From the human T2T-CHM13v2.0 reference genome, Homo sapiens: 64,000 nucleotides of DNA. A program made the position numbers and the translations under genes. The notes under the pieces are model-generated. The model was given only the letters and a program-made list of their open reading frames with translations, did not search any database and was not told where the DNA came from. The stretch is from the NCBI RefSeq assembly GCF_009914755.1, contig NC_060945.1, one strand, 5' to 3'. This document shows, piece after piece, positions 50,311-64,000 of this stretch (its first letter is position 1; each line of letters starts with the position of its first letter).

Positions 50311-51882
50311 CAAAGTTATATCTTAACAACTTAGTAGCTTTTTAAAAATGATATGCATAAATTAAAAGAAAAAAATTTGTATCTCATTCTTAACAATCGT
50401 TACATACTTATGGGATGGTTTCCCCTGTCCGACACTATACAACTTCTCAAACCTGGAAATGTCCTGTGCTGCGCTAATTTTCACTTACTGCTTTTAGTCA
50501 CAGCAACCTCCAAAAACCCAACTTTGCAAAGATATGGCATCGTCAGAAGAAATGGGGTGCAATCTAATGTTGACAGTGTAAGTAGTCCGGAGTGAGCAGC
50601 TCACGTGGTTTCTCAGAGACTTTGCGGGTTCCTCCCAAACTTTAAAATATCCTGGTGCACCTGCAGGAGTTCCCTGTGCTGCCCCACAGTGCCACAGCAC
50701 CCAGTCTGAGAACTGTAATAATACATATATGCTGGATTAAATATTATAAAGTTAATTCTTAAATACATCCTTAAGATGTCCATCCATTGCTTCTTTTCCC
50801 TCTCTCTTTTTGTTTTGTAATCAACCTTACCTTTCAAATAATTTTGTAAATATGGGCCAATTCCTTCCTTAAAACACCCACTTCTGGAAGAAATATTACA
50901 CGCCCTGGAGAATTTCTTTGCACTTACTGACTCCCTCTCTCAACACAGGTGGATGAGAGTGGGACACCTGCCAGTTGTTTGCATCAGCAGACACTCAGAG
51001 TCCATGGAAAAAATGAGCCTAGAGGTTTTTAAACCACAACACAAGCAAAAGGCACCTGGTCCCGTTCCTCTTAAGACAGAAGAAAGAGGCGTAAAACCAG
51101 CTCCAGGTGCCACCCTTAAGAAATGTTACAGTGCCGGATGGGAAGAGTAAACCCTGAACATCTCTTCTTAATACTTTACAGACTTCAAGTGTATTTTATG
51201 GTGACAAAGCATATTGAAGACAAATGAAACTCTACAACCCTGAAAACCAGCCTGAATTATTTTGAGAGACAGACAGTGGCTGCAAGGAGAAGCGTCGGGA
51301 TTTTCTGGGCTGGCCATCTCCAGTGTCACTGACCCCGGTCTACCCCTGCATGTTTGTTTACGGGAAAGGAGTTGAGGAGGAGGATGTATGGCTGAGAGCC
51401 TGAAAATAATCCAGGGCAGGTGGAGCGAGGAGAGGACTTTACTCCTCACACTCATGTAGGCATCCTGAAAAGCCACTTTTCTTTCCAAGGTGGGCACGGG
51501 CCTTGAGCTTGGAGTGGAGCCAGTTAAAGTTGTCCGCTCTGGGTCGTCAGATGGAGATCTTATCTTGGGTCATGAATTGTGGTTTTAGGAGAAAGGCAGA
51601 AGCTAAACCCATCTTCTGTCTGGTGGGGAGGCCCAGCAAAGGGCTCAGAAACACAGCCACAGGCCTCTTGCAGCAGCTGGATGCACATTTCAGGAGGTTG
51701 CCTGAAAGCAGAATTGACTTCAGAGAGTAGGGCAGCAGAGCCCAGCCACAGAGTGGTCCCAGGAGCCAGGAAGTGCCACACAGCCCCTCGCTTATTTTTA
51801 CTCAGTATGCCACAGAAGTCCTGACCTGTTAAAAGTGCCCTTTAAGAATGGCTGGCCCACCCTCTCTCAGAGGGTTCATGCT

Positions 51883-53414
<1,532 letters not shown>

Positions 53415-53543
53415 CCCAACTAGATACGTATCTTTGTCACAGTTACAGGAATCTTTATTTTATCCAAAAGCAAAAGACACTGAACTTTTGTGTACATTCC
53501 AGGCCTGCTGATTGTAGCTGGTCTATAAGCTCGTGTCGGAGTC

Positions 53544-54095
53544 TATGGTGGTTGATTTTTGTGTCCCTTTGACTGAGCCACGAGGTATTTGATCAAACAT
53601 TATTCCAGGTGTTTCTGTGAGGCTGCTTTTGGATGAGATTAACATGTAAATCAATAGAGTCAAGCAAATCGTTCTCCCCAATGCAGATGGGTTTCGTCCA
53701 TGCAGCTAGAGGCCTGAAAAGAAGGAAAAGCTGATCATCCTCGTGTAAGAGAGAATCTCTCCTACCCAACGGCCTTCCAGCTGGGATACTGGCTTTTTCT
53801 TGCCTTTAGACTTGAACTGAACAATTGGCTCTTCCTGGCCTCAGGCTTTGGGACTCAGAAGCACACATTGACTGTCCTGGGGCTCCAGCTTATGGACTAC
53901 CCTGCAGAAAGACTGTGGGACTCGTCAGCCATCATCATCCTGTGAGCCAGTTTTACACAGACACACACACACACAGTCGCACTCTCATGCTCACACATAC
54001 ACACTCACACACAATCACACACTTGCACACACACAGACACTCTTACACACTCATTCACACACTCACATGTGCACACACACAGTCTCTCACACACA

Positions 54096-54139
<44 letters not shown>

Positions 54140-54176
54140 TTGGTTCTGTTTCTCTGTATAACCCTGATGAATTCAG
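53544..54176 (+). mobile_element. MLT2 (ERVL) LTR with CA-rich expansion at 53955-54137
   Basis: caaacattattccaggtgtttctgtgagg...ggatgagattaacat...ctattggttctgtttctctg. Confidence 0.85.
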
Positions 54177-54429
54177 GATCTTAAAGGTTACCTATTTCAT
54201 TGTAATGCTGTTTTCTAGCACCAGGCTAGTCCTTTTGTCGGCAGAACTGGTAGGCTCACTTTTTTTTTTTTCAGACTGTTTTGTGTTTTATTTTCTTCCA
54301 TTTACAAAAAAGCATTTCTAAGCCAGGGCAGTGAAGCCTGACGCTACCGTTCACGGTCAGTGAAATGAGCATTCGAGGATGGGACTCAGCCTGTCTGGAC
54401 AGGTCCCCAGACAAAAAACACAGAGAATC

Positions 54430-54940
54430 AAGAACGCAGGCGCTCCCTGTCGGACGCCAGGCCGGGCCCTGTGACAAGGATCTCAGCGCTGGCGGTGGGG
54501 CTGCCCTGCGGGTTCGAGGCCTGGCTCTTCCTGCCCCACTGCCTGGTGTGCAGCTCAGGGGCCGGGCCGCCTGCGCCCCCCGCCGGGGGGCACGCCCGGC
54601 CCAGGGTTGGGGGGTCCGGCTTGCCCCCAGGGGGCCAGCGGGGCCTCTGTTATCTCGCTCCAGAACCGACATCGCCAGCCAAGACCTTCCTCGTGGAGCC
54701 CTCGGTCTGGCCAAGGACGCTCCTTGGAGTCTGCTTAGACGCACAGCGGGCTCAGCTTTGCCAAATTCTCCAAGGAGACTTTCCATGAGGCGCCTCCTGC
54801 CATCTGTGGGCGGCGTTGGGAACTGCGGCCACCGCTGCTTGGGAATCAGGACGTCCCAGCTCCCAACCGGCGGTCATTCATTCCCTCAACACACACTCTG
54901 GGCCGCCCGCCTGGCTCCAGGCAGGCCCTCCGGGGACTCG
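54430..54940. promoter_or_regulatory. Small upstream CpG-rich island
   Basis: Local rise in GC and CpG, ~11 kb upstream of the RIPK4 TSS. Confidence 0.55.
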
Positions 54941-55568
54941 GGAAATAGGAGTTGTTAAACATTTCTGAAACATTCCTCTTCCATTTATTCTGTGATTTTC
55001 TTCAGAAACACAAGGCGTGCACGAGTCAGCTTATCAGCTTATCCTTCACCCACACGTAGGCTCTTCTTTCCAATCAATTTTATCTTTGTTTTTTTCTAAG
55101 AAAATTTTAGGGATTTTACTTGTTTTTGTTTTGTTTTTGGGTTTTTTTGTGTGTTTTGTTGTTGTTATTTTGTTTTTTTTTTTTTTTTGGTGGGGGGTTG
55201 GCTTGGTTTGGTTTTTGCTTCATTTTTTAATTTTAGGGATTTTTAAAAAGCCAGCATTCCTTAATCTTCTGATTGTTGTGTGACTGTTGTATAATATTGA
55301 GAAATACATTCCTGTCATCCACAACTAACAACCATTAATAATGTGTCGTATTGTTTACTTTTTTGTTTTTAACTAAATTTTGCTTTGGGGAAGTATCCAT
55401 GACGATACAATATAGCTGTGAGATATTTCCTGTACCTGCTACGTAACACCCCTTCATGTAAAACGCAGAGCATTTGGTTTATCCACATCCCCCCGCCCCC
55501 CGCCCATGCATATTAGTGGTTTCCAGTGCTAAAGGGACAGCGCCCCCCACGTGCATTTCTCCAGGTAC

Positions 55569-56189
55569 TGAGGCAGGAGAATAGGGGCTGGAGGCAGGGG
55601 ACCAAAGGCTGTTTCACTCAGACTTCCTACAACTAAATTGAAAGGAAAACCCTAACTTTCCACTCCTAAGTAACAAAAGGACCAGAGGCTATTCCCTTTC
55701 TAAACCCCCCCACCTTTTCCTCGAGGCAAATGGGAAATTGGCTGTCCGCAACCAATCAGACTGATTGTGGGTGGAGTCTTCGTTTGCACCTCTGTACCTT
55801 CACTCCAGTCTCTGAACGGTTGCTGTCCACAACGAATCAGACTGATTGCGGGCTCAGCCTTCGTTTGCATAGAAGTATAACTTTGTAACTTCACCCTAGC
55901 CTCTGACTGGTTGCTTTTGGCACCTTCATTTACATGAGGTGAGCATGATGTGGCCAATTGGAAACTTCTAGGGGATATTTGGACCCAAGAAGATCCTGTA
56001 TCCAGGCCCTTGAGCCGCTGCTCGGGTCCGCTCCCATACTGTGGAGTGTACTTTGGTTTTCAATAAATTCCTGCTTTCGTTCTTTTGCTGCTTCATTCTT
56101 TCTTTGCTTTGTTGGGCGTTTTGTCCAATTCTTTGTTCAAAATGCCAAGAACCTGGACAAGTTGCAGTTATGACCCTCGACCGGTGATA
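55569..56189 (+). mobile_element. MER51-type ERV1 solo LTR
   Basis: Starts TGAGGCAGGAGAATAGGG; CCAAT boxes; AATAAA at ~56062; 4-bp near-TSD GTAC/GTAG. Confidence 0.8.
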
Positions 56190-56729
56190 GTAGCACTCGC
56201 TCCTAACAGCTTGGCTGCAGTAAGCCTAGGCTTCCAGGGAGAGCCTCTGCACCTGCTGCTGTGCTGCTTGAGTTCTCTCAGACAAGGAAGCATGAAAAGG
56301 GCTGCCTTTTTCAAACAGCAGGGGAAGGAAAACACAGTGATAACAAATCCAAATATTATTTCAATTGAGATCTTATCATATACATCATATACACAGCCAT
56401 TTAAAAAGTGAAAACAAATATAATAAAATCAAATTATATTCAATAAAAAAAGCAAGGTGCAGGCATTTACATAATGAGACCCACTTCTCTTAATGTATTA
56501 TATAGTCTGTAAAAGCAAAAGATGTGAAGCACCCCAAATCCCCATGGATGGGCGATGGTTGAATTATTATCACTCATCCATAGGAAAGACTGCCGTGCAA
56601 TTGTGAAAATGGGAGGAGGACTGTGTCTACACGTGCCTCTGGAGTGATTGCACAGACCACTCTGAACAGAGCAAGGTGGAGGAAATCTTCCATTTTTCCA
56701 GTACAGGCAGGAAATAGGGACCCATCCCT

Positions 56730-56875
56730 CTGTCTATCTATTTACTATCTTTATTCCCATCCATCTATTATCTATCTATGTTTCTACCATTCATCATCTA
56801 TGTACTACCTAACTACTTGCCTACCTGTTCTCTATCATCTATCTACCATCAATCAATCTATCTCTCCCTATCTGC
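56730..56875. repeat. Degenerate (CTAT/CATC)n tract
   Basis: tctatctatttactatct...atcatctatctaccatcaatcaatctatc. Confidence 0.7.
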
Positions 56876-57185
56876 TTCCATTCTAAAAATAAACAGTGTG
56901 AGCACAGTCCACAGGGAGGGGGCTGGAAGTCTCTGGGGGAAGACACAAGTCCTTGTTGCACATGCCCTGTTTTCTAGATTTGACTATGAAACCATGCAAA
57001 TATTTTACATCCTTATAAAACACAATTAACTTTAAAAAGCAATGTCTAAATACCAAAAATAAAATAAGACAAATGAACCAAATGTGTATCCATTTGGTAG
57101 CCTGACTAACCAGAGGGGAGCTATTCCAATTGACTTTAAAACGTAGGAATTTAAAAGTAACTACTAGTGGAAAATGCACTAAGGG

Positions 57186-57431
57186 CAAAAAGAACAGAGA
57201 AAGAAAGGAAAGGAAGAAAGGAAGGAAAGGAAGAAAGAAAGAAAGGAGGGAGGGAGGGAGAGAGAGAAAGAGAGAGAAAGAGAAAGAAAGCAAGAGAGGG
57301 AGGGAGAAAAAGAGAGAGGAGAGGAGGAAAGAAAGAAAGAAAGGAAGGAGGGGAGGGAGGAGAGGGAGGAAAGGAAGGAAGGAAGGAAGGAAGGAAGGAA
57401 GGGAGGGAGGGAGGGAAGGAGGGAGGGAGGC
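57186..57431. repeat. GA-rich purine tract, (GGAA/GGGA/GAAA)n
   Basis: About 245 nt of almost pure purine. Confidence 0.92.
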
Positions 57432-57619
57432 ATCTTAACCCCTTTCCCACAATCACACTATTGGCTGAGTGTTGATGTTATCCTGAGACTGCCCTGTGTG
57501 TGTTGAAGCATAAAGGAAATGTGATATAGAAACTCTATCATTAGCTCTATGGTAAAGAACTGAGATTTTTGGCATGAGAAAATAAAAGTTAAGAAGCTGT
57601 AATTTAAAAGAAAAATATT

Positions 57620-57909
57620 GGCCAGACACAGTGCCTCATGCCTGTAATCCCAGCACTCTGGAAAGTGGGAGGATCACTCAAGCCCAGGAGTTCAAGACTA
57701 ACCTGGGCAACAGAGTGAGACCCCGTCTCCCCCCAAAATAAACAAAATTAGCGAACATGGTGGCATGCACTTGTGATCCTGGATATTTTGGAGGCTGAGG
57801 TGGGAGGATTGCTCGAGCCCAGGAGTTTGAGGCTGCAGTCAGCCATGATCACAACACTGCACTCCAGCCTGGGCAACAAAGTGAAACCTTGTCTCAAAAA
57901 AATAAAAAA
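57620..57909 (+). mobile_element. AluJ
   Basis: Dimer with J diagnostics (gagcccaggagtttgaggctgcag). Confidence 0.9.
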
Positions 57910-58374
57910 TCATAAAAGACAAGGAAAATATCAGCACGAAATAATAATTAAAATCAATAAAAATGGATAATGCAAGCATTCTATTAATTAGGCTCATTAT
58001 CATAATGTAAATACATATTTGGGGAACTTGTTCCTCCAAACAGCAATGCTCTCTCTTCCTCCTCTACACTTTATGCCAACTAATTTTACATAAATGGGAA
58101 ACTGTCATTTCTACCAAAGCGAGCTGCACTGTGTTTCTTGGGGTGAACCTTTAGGGAGACAGCCATTGTGAGAATGAAAGGGGAAATATATTATTGAAAG
58201 TTTACTTACAGTTTTTAAAAATGCCTATTTCCTCCCTGTTTTCTCCCACCCTCCAAGTTTATTAGTTACCTCTATCCACTAGCAATGGACAGATTTTCAT
58301 GATTTAATTATTTTTACTATCAATTTTAAAAGTCAGCAAAACATATTTACTTTTTAACAATATATCATTTTAAA

Positions 58375-58945
<571 letters not shown>

Positions 58946-59468
58946 ATAAAACAAAACACATTGCTGAACCAAGAAAAGAATTGAGATGATCGTGCAAATA
59001 ATGATGCATACTATATTTGGGAAAAATAAAAGTTATGAAACAGTAGCAGGTCCAAGTTATATACGCAACTGTGTAAAATGTGTTCTTTAAAAATCAGGGT
59101 TTCTGTGCTTTCAGCAACCTACACATGTTCTGACTTGTGATCTCAAGGTCTGGGAGACATGTGTGGTGAAATCACACACACCTGCCCCAGCAGAGGGGTC
59201 ACTGGACGTCTTCATGCGCTGCAGGGAACTCAGATGAAAGGGACCTTAAGTAATGTAACCTTTACGTTAGATTCAAACATGCCTTTATGACTGCTCATCT
59301 GATTTGTAATTTAAAGCTTAAGCAAAGTATGGCATTATTTAAATGCTCATTTTTAATTTGTTGAAAGAAAAGTCAATATTTATCATGAAGACTGCGGCTC
59401 AAGCCTAAGACCTATCTAGTGGGAAGCAGGACCAGAGCAAAGGTCTGACTGTACGTGAACATTTTAAA

Positions 59469-59782
59469 TTTTTTTTTTTGTTTTTTTTTTTTTGAGACAG
59501 AGTCTCACTCTGTTGCCCAGGCTGGAGTGCAGTGCTGTGGTGCGATCTTGGCTCATTGCAACCTCCACCCCCTGGATTCAAGCAATTCTCCTGCCTCAGC
59601 CTCCCTGGTAACTGGGATTACAGGCATGTGCCACCACGCCCGGCTAATTGTTTTGTATTTTTAGTACAGACGGTGTTTCACCATGTTGGCCAGGCTGGCC
59701 TCGAACTCCTGACCTCAGGTGATCTGCCCACCTCGGCCTCCCAAAGTGCTGGGATTACAGGCGTGAGCCACTGCACCTGGCC
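59469..59782 (-). mobile_element. AluS
   Basis: Full antisense dimer with poly(T). Confidence 0.94.
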
Positions 59783-59918
59783 AAAATTTTAATTTTTTAA
59801 ATAAAATGTTATCCTTAGACTGCCTTTCCTCCTCTGTTTACTCTTCTTTACACTGTGTGTGTACATGCACTGGTTCACATGTGTGCATGTGTGAGCATGC
59901 ACTGCGCTCATGGGTGTG

Positions 59919-60343
59919 TGTTGAAGGCCGAAAGAACGAGGGTCGTGACCAGCTCAGCACACCGCTGGAGGCTGTATGAGCAAACAGCAAACTGTTCTCA
60001 TGAATGCAGGTTGTTGGCAAACTGACAAACCGCCACCAGAAGGAACCCTGAGGGCAGTCACGCCCCAGGCGCAGTGTTTCTTGTGATTATCTACAGCCAC
60101 ATCTGAAGCCTGTTGTATAAAGAAAGCAATTATGTGAACCTGTCATAAATCAAGCAGCTGACCAATCGTTACCTTTTGCTCCCTGTTGATTCTGCCTAGT
60201 AAATACGAAGGGCTTTAGAGGCTCAGGGCCCTTGCTCACTAGAAGCAAGGAGCCCCCGACCCCTTCTTTAAAACAGATCTTTTTGTCTTTGTCTTCATTT
60301 CTGCGTTCATCCCCCTTCGTTCAGTCCTGTAGTAACCGTCATA
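59919..60343 (+). mobile_element. LTR3-type (HERV-K HML-6) solo LTR
   Basis: TGTTGAAGGCCGAAAGAACGAGGGTCGTGACC...GTCATA; perfect 6-bp TSD GGTGTG (59913-59918, 60344-60349), typical of betaretrovirus-like ERVs. Confidence 0.8.
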
Positions 60344-60894
60344 GGTGTGCATGCACAAGTATGTGTGTGTGTGTATGCACATGAGACTGAACCTGAGAAG
60401 CTCCACACTCAGCTACATCAGGGGCAGCCCAAGACCTGCGGAACTTTCCAGCATGACTCACGTCTCCCCGTCCTGCCCCTATCTTCCAGAACACTGCCAG
60501 CCAGATGTATCTTATGTAACGCCATCCCTCATGCAGAGGACCTGCAGGTTCTACACACTGGCATTTGGGGGCCCCTTGGGAAAGTGACCAGTGAGGCTGA
60601 GAGGTCCACAAGCCCTACCCATACCCCAAGAACCTTCAGGCTTGCAGAGATTTGAGGAAACCTCCAGTACAAGAGGTAGGAAACAAACAGAAAAGAAACA
60701 GACAGTTCAGAGATTGGTGGCAGAGGGAGAGCTTCAAATCTTCAGAGAAGATGTGTCACCCATGAAACTAGAACACAGTGAGTAGGGGACAAGGAGGACC
60801 AGATAACCAGAAAGAACGCTTAGAAATTAAAACATGAAGGCCAAGACTAAACATTAAAGAGTCAAGAAGATCGTCCAGAAATTACCACAAAAGG

Positions 60895-61250
<356 letters not shown>

Positions 61251-61460
61251 GAAATTCCCACAGCACTACATCTGCAGTAGGCACTGAAAGCCTCCTGTCC
61301 TGGGAGACTCCCCTCCTGCCTCCTGGACAGTCCCACTCTGCCTTTGTCTCCCTTCTCTCCTCTTAGAATTCCCACTAGCCGGATGCCTCTGCCAACTGAA
61401 GCTACTATGAACATTGTGTGTAAGTCTTTTGTGGATATATGTTTTCATTTATCTTAGGTA

Positions 61461-61493
61461 TTAGGTTGGTGCAAAAGTAATTGCGTTTTTTGC
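61461..61493 (+). mobile_element. Half MADE1 / Hsmar1 terminal inverted repeat
   Basis: TA|TTAGGTTGGTGCAAAAGTAATTGCGTTTTTTGC; second TIR absent. Confidence 0.8.
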
Positions 61494-61517
61494 TGCAAAT
61501 TTCTGAGTTAAGCCTAC

Positions 61518-61599
61518 TGAGCCGAGATCGCACCACTGCACTCCAGCCTGGGCAACAGAGCGAGACTCTGCCTCAAAAAAAAAAAAAAAAAAAAAAAAA
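61518..61599 (+). mobile_element. Alu 3' fragment
   Basis: tgagccgagatcgcaccactgcactccagcctgggcaacagagcgagact followed by poly(A). Confidence 0.88.
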
Positions 61600-61739
61600 G
61601 AAGAAGAAAGCACAGAATTCTCACCCACACTCTCTGCTCCTGCATCCCCGCCAGATCTGTATTGGTGTGGTGCATTCATTACAGCTGATGAACCAAAACG
61701 GATCATTATTATTAACTAATTATTTAAAATTAACATTTA

Positions 61740-62087
<348 letters not shown>

Positions 62088-62243
62088 GTCATGGAAAGCA
62101 GCTCAGGTGCTTCTTTGTTTTATCACTCCCAGGAAAGTGAGGCTTTTTAAAAGGTCCTACTCTCAGTGATGTTCCACAAACTTTATCATCAAAGACAGAC
62201 AACACTCAATACACTCTAGAAAATCTCCATGTGCTTAAAGTCA

Positions 62244-62612
<369 letters not shown>

Positions 62613-63398
62613 TCAAGGAGAATATGTCAAATAGTACTTAAAGCTGTTAAGGCTTCCAACCAATTCTTGAAGTCCTTGAAGGTTCGTAGGAAAGTCAAAG
62701 AGGGGAGAAATTGCCTGGAGAAAACGGTTAACGACGCAGGGCTGGATGAGGAGTTAGTCTGTGGATTGAAGAAGTGAAAGGTTATTAGACATAAGGCTAT
62801 CATTACCTCTACTTGATCTTTAGAAGAACAGAACGGGAGGAAATATCCTAAAGAATCCAACACAAGGAAGTTTGTGGACAGGAATGCTGTTGGATGATTG
62901 CATGAAGTTGGGAAATCTCTCCAACTTGTTTCATTAATAAGAAAATAAATCATGTCTGGGGTAGTTTAGCCATGTTCTTGCTCTTGGCTTGAAACAATGG
63001 TTGTCAAGTTGCTGCCGGGGGCTATAAAACTTGATTTGGTCCCGAGTTGAGGAAAAGGACGCTCGGCTCAGCTGTGAGTCACTGGAGCCTGGAGCCACTT
63101 GTCCACCCATCAGAAGTTCTCACAGCAATTTGCACGGAAAACCAAAGCTGAGGTTAAGCCTCGTCGAGTCAGAAGTCTGACTCTGGCTGGTGAATAACCA
63201 GTTAAAATATTTCAGCTTTGACGCCACCTGAAGGCAGGTGTGGGTTGGGGGTGGCTAATTACATCCAGAGTGGGACAAAGTTCCCCGGGCAGCTGTGTTT
63301 GCAGCCGTGACAGCAAACATCGCAAACAGCAGTCAGGAGCCAGGAAAGCGATCGAGCGTTTTGCTGTTACCTTTTAAATTAAAAAAAAAAAAAAAAAT

Positions 63399-63742
<344 letters not shown>

Positions 63743-64000
63743 CTAGTTTTAAAAACAAAAGTCTCTGCACTGTTTGGTGACACATTTGCTTGCTGGTTGT
63801 TTTGGGAATGTTCCACTGAATCTTGGAGGGATGCTCTTCATTAGGGCCCATGCATTTCCGCCTAGTGTGCGCCATCCACGTTCTCATTGTTCTTCTCCTT
63901 AAAAGAATTATTCGGCCTGAGTAAGGGCCTAGCAGCCTCTCACAATTCCCAATTTCTCCCAAAGTACTGACAGTGATCCAAAAACAAAGAAAAGAACCCC

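Noticed and set aside
54271-54958. 197-aa and 171-aa ORFs in the upstream CpG patch
   Set aside because: Open on both strands, with composition typical of GC-rich non-coding DNA.

Overview
Human (primate) genomic DNA containing the complete RIPK4 gene (receptor-interacting Ser/Thr kinase 4, chr21q22.3) on the minus strand. Eight GT-AG exons join to a 2355-nt CDS (784 aa: N-terminal non-RD kinase, Ser-rich intermediate domain, C-terminal ankyrin repeats). The gene has a CpG-island promoter at ~42.5-43.7 kb, an AATAAA at 15788-15793, and the tailed mirtron MIR6814 at the 3' end of intron 4. The flanks (1-15.7 kb and 43.7-64 kb) are non-coding and filled with Alu, L1/L2/MIR, MaLR/ERV LTRs, DNA-transposon MITEs and microsatellites. 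I see no second protein-coding gene, and other ORF-track entries are GC, repeat or antisense artefacts. I cannot demonstrate a new system from sequence alone. Best leads: (1) inverted Alus tightly flank exons 2-3, whose 441 nt would form a stop-free in-frame circle and, reciprocally, an in-frame kinase-dead skip isoform; (2) a (GAA)-type repeat of 50+15 units lies 3.3 kb past the polyA site; (3) an ~82-nt duplicated 3'UTR module has mutually exclusive pairings and a seed site for the gene's own mirtron; (4) an intronic MER85 piggyBac MITE; (5) several short local non-tandem duplications. Repeat subfamily names come from recognising consensus sequence by eye and need Dfam/RepeatMasker confirmation.
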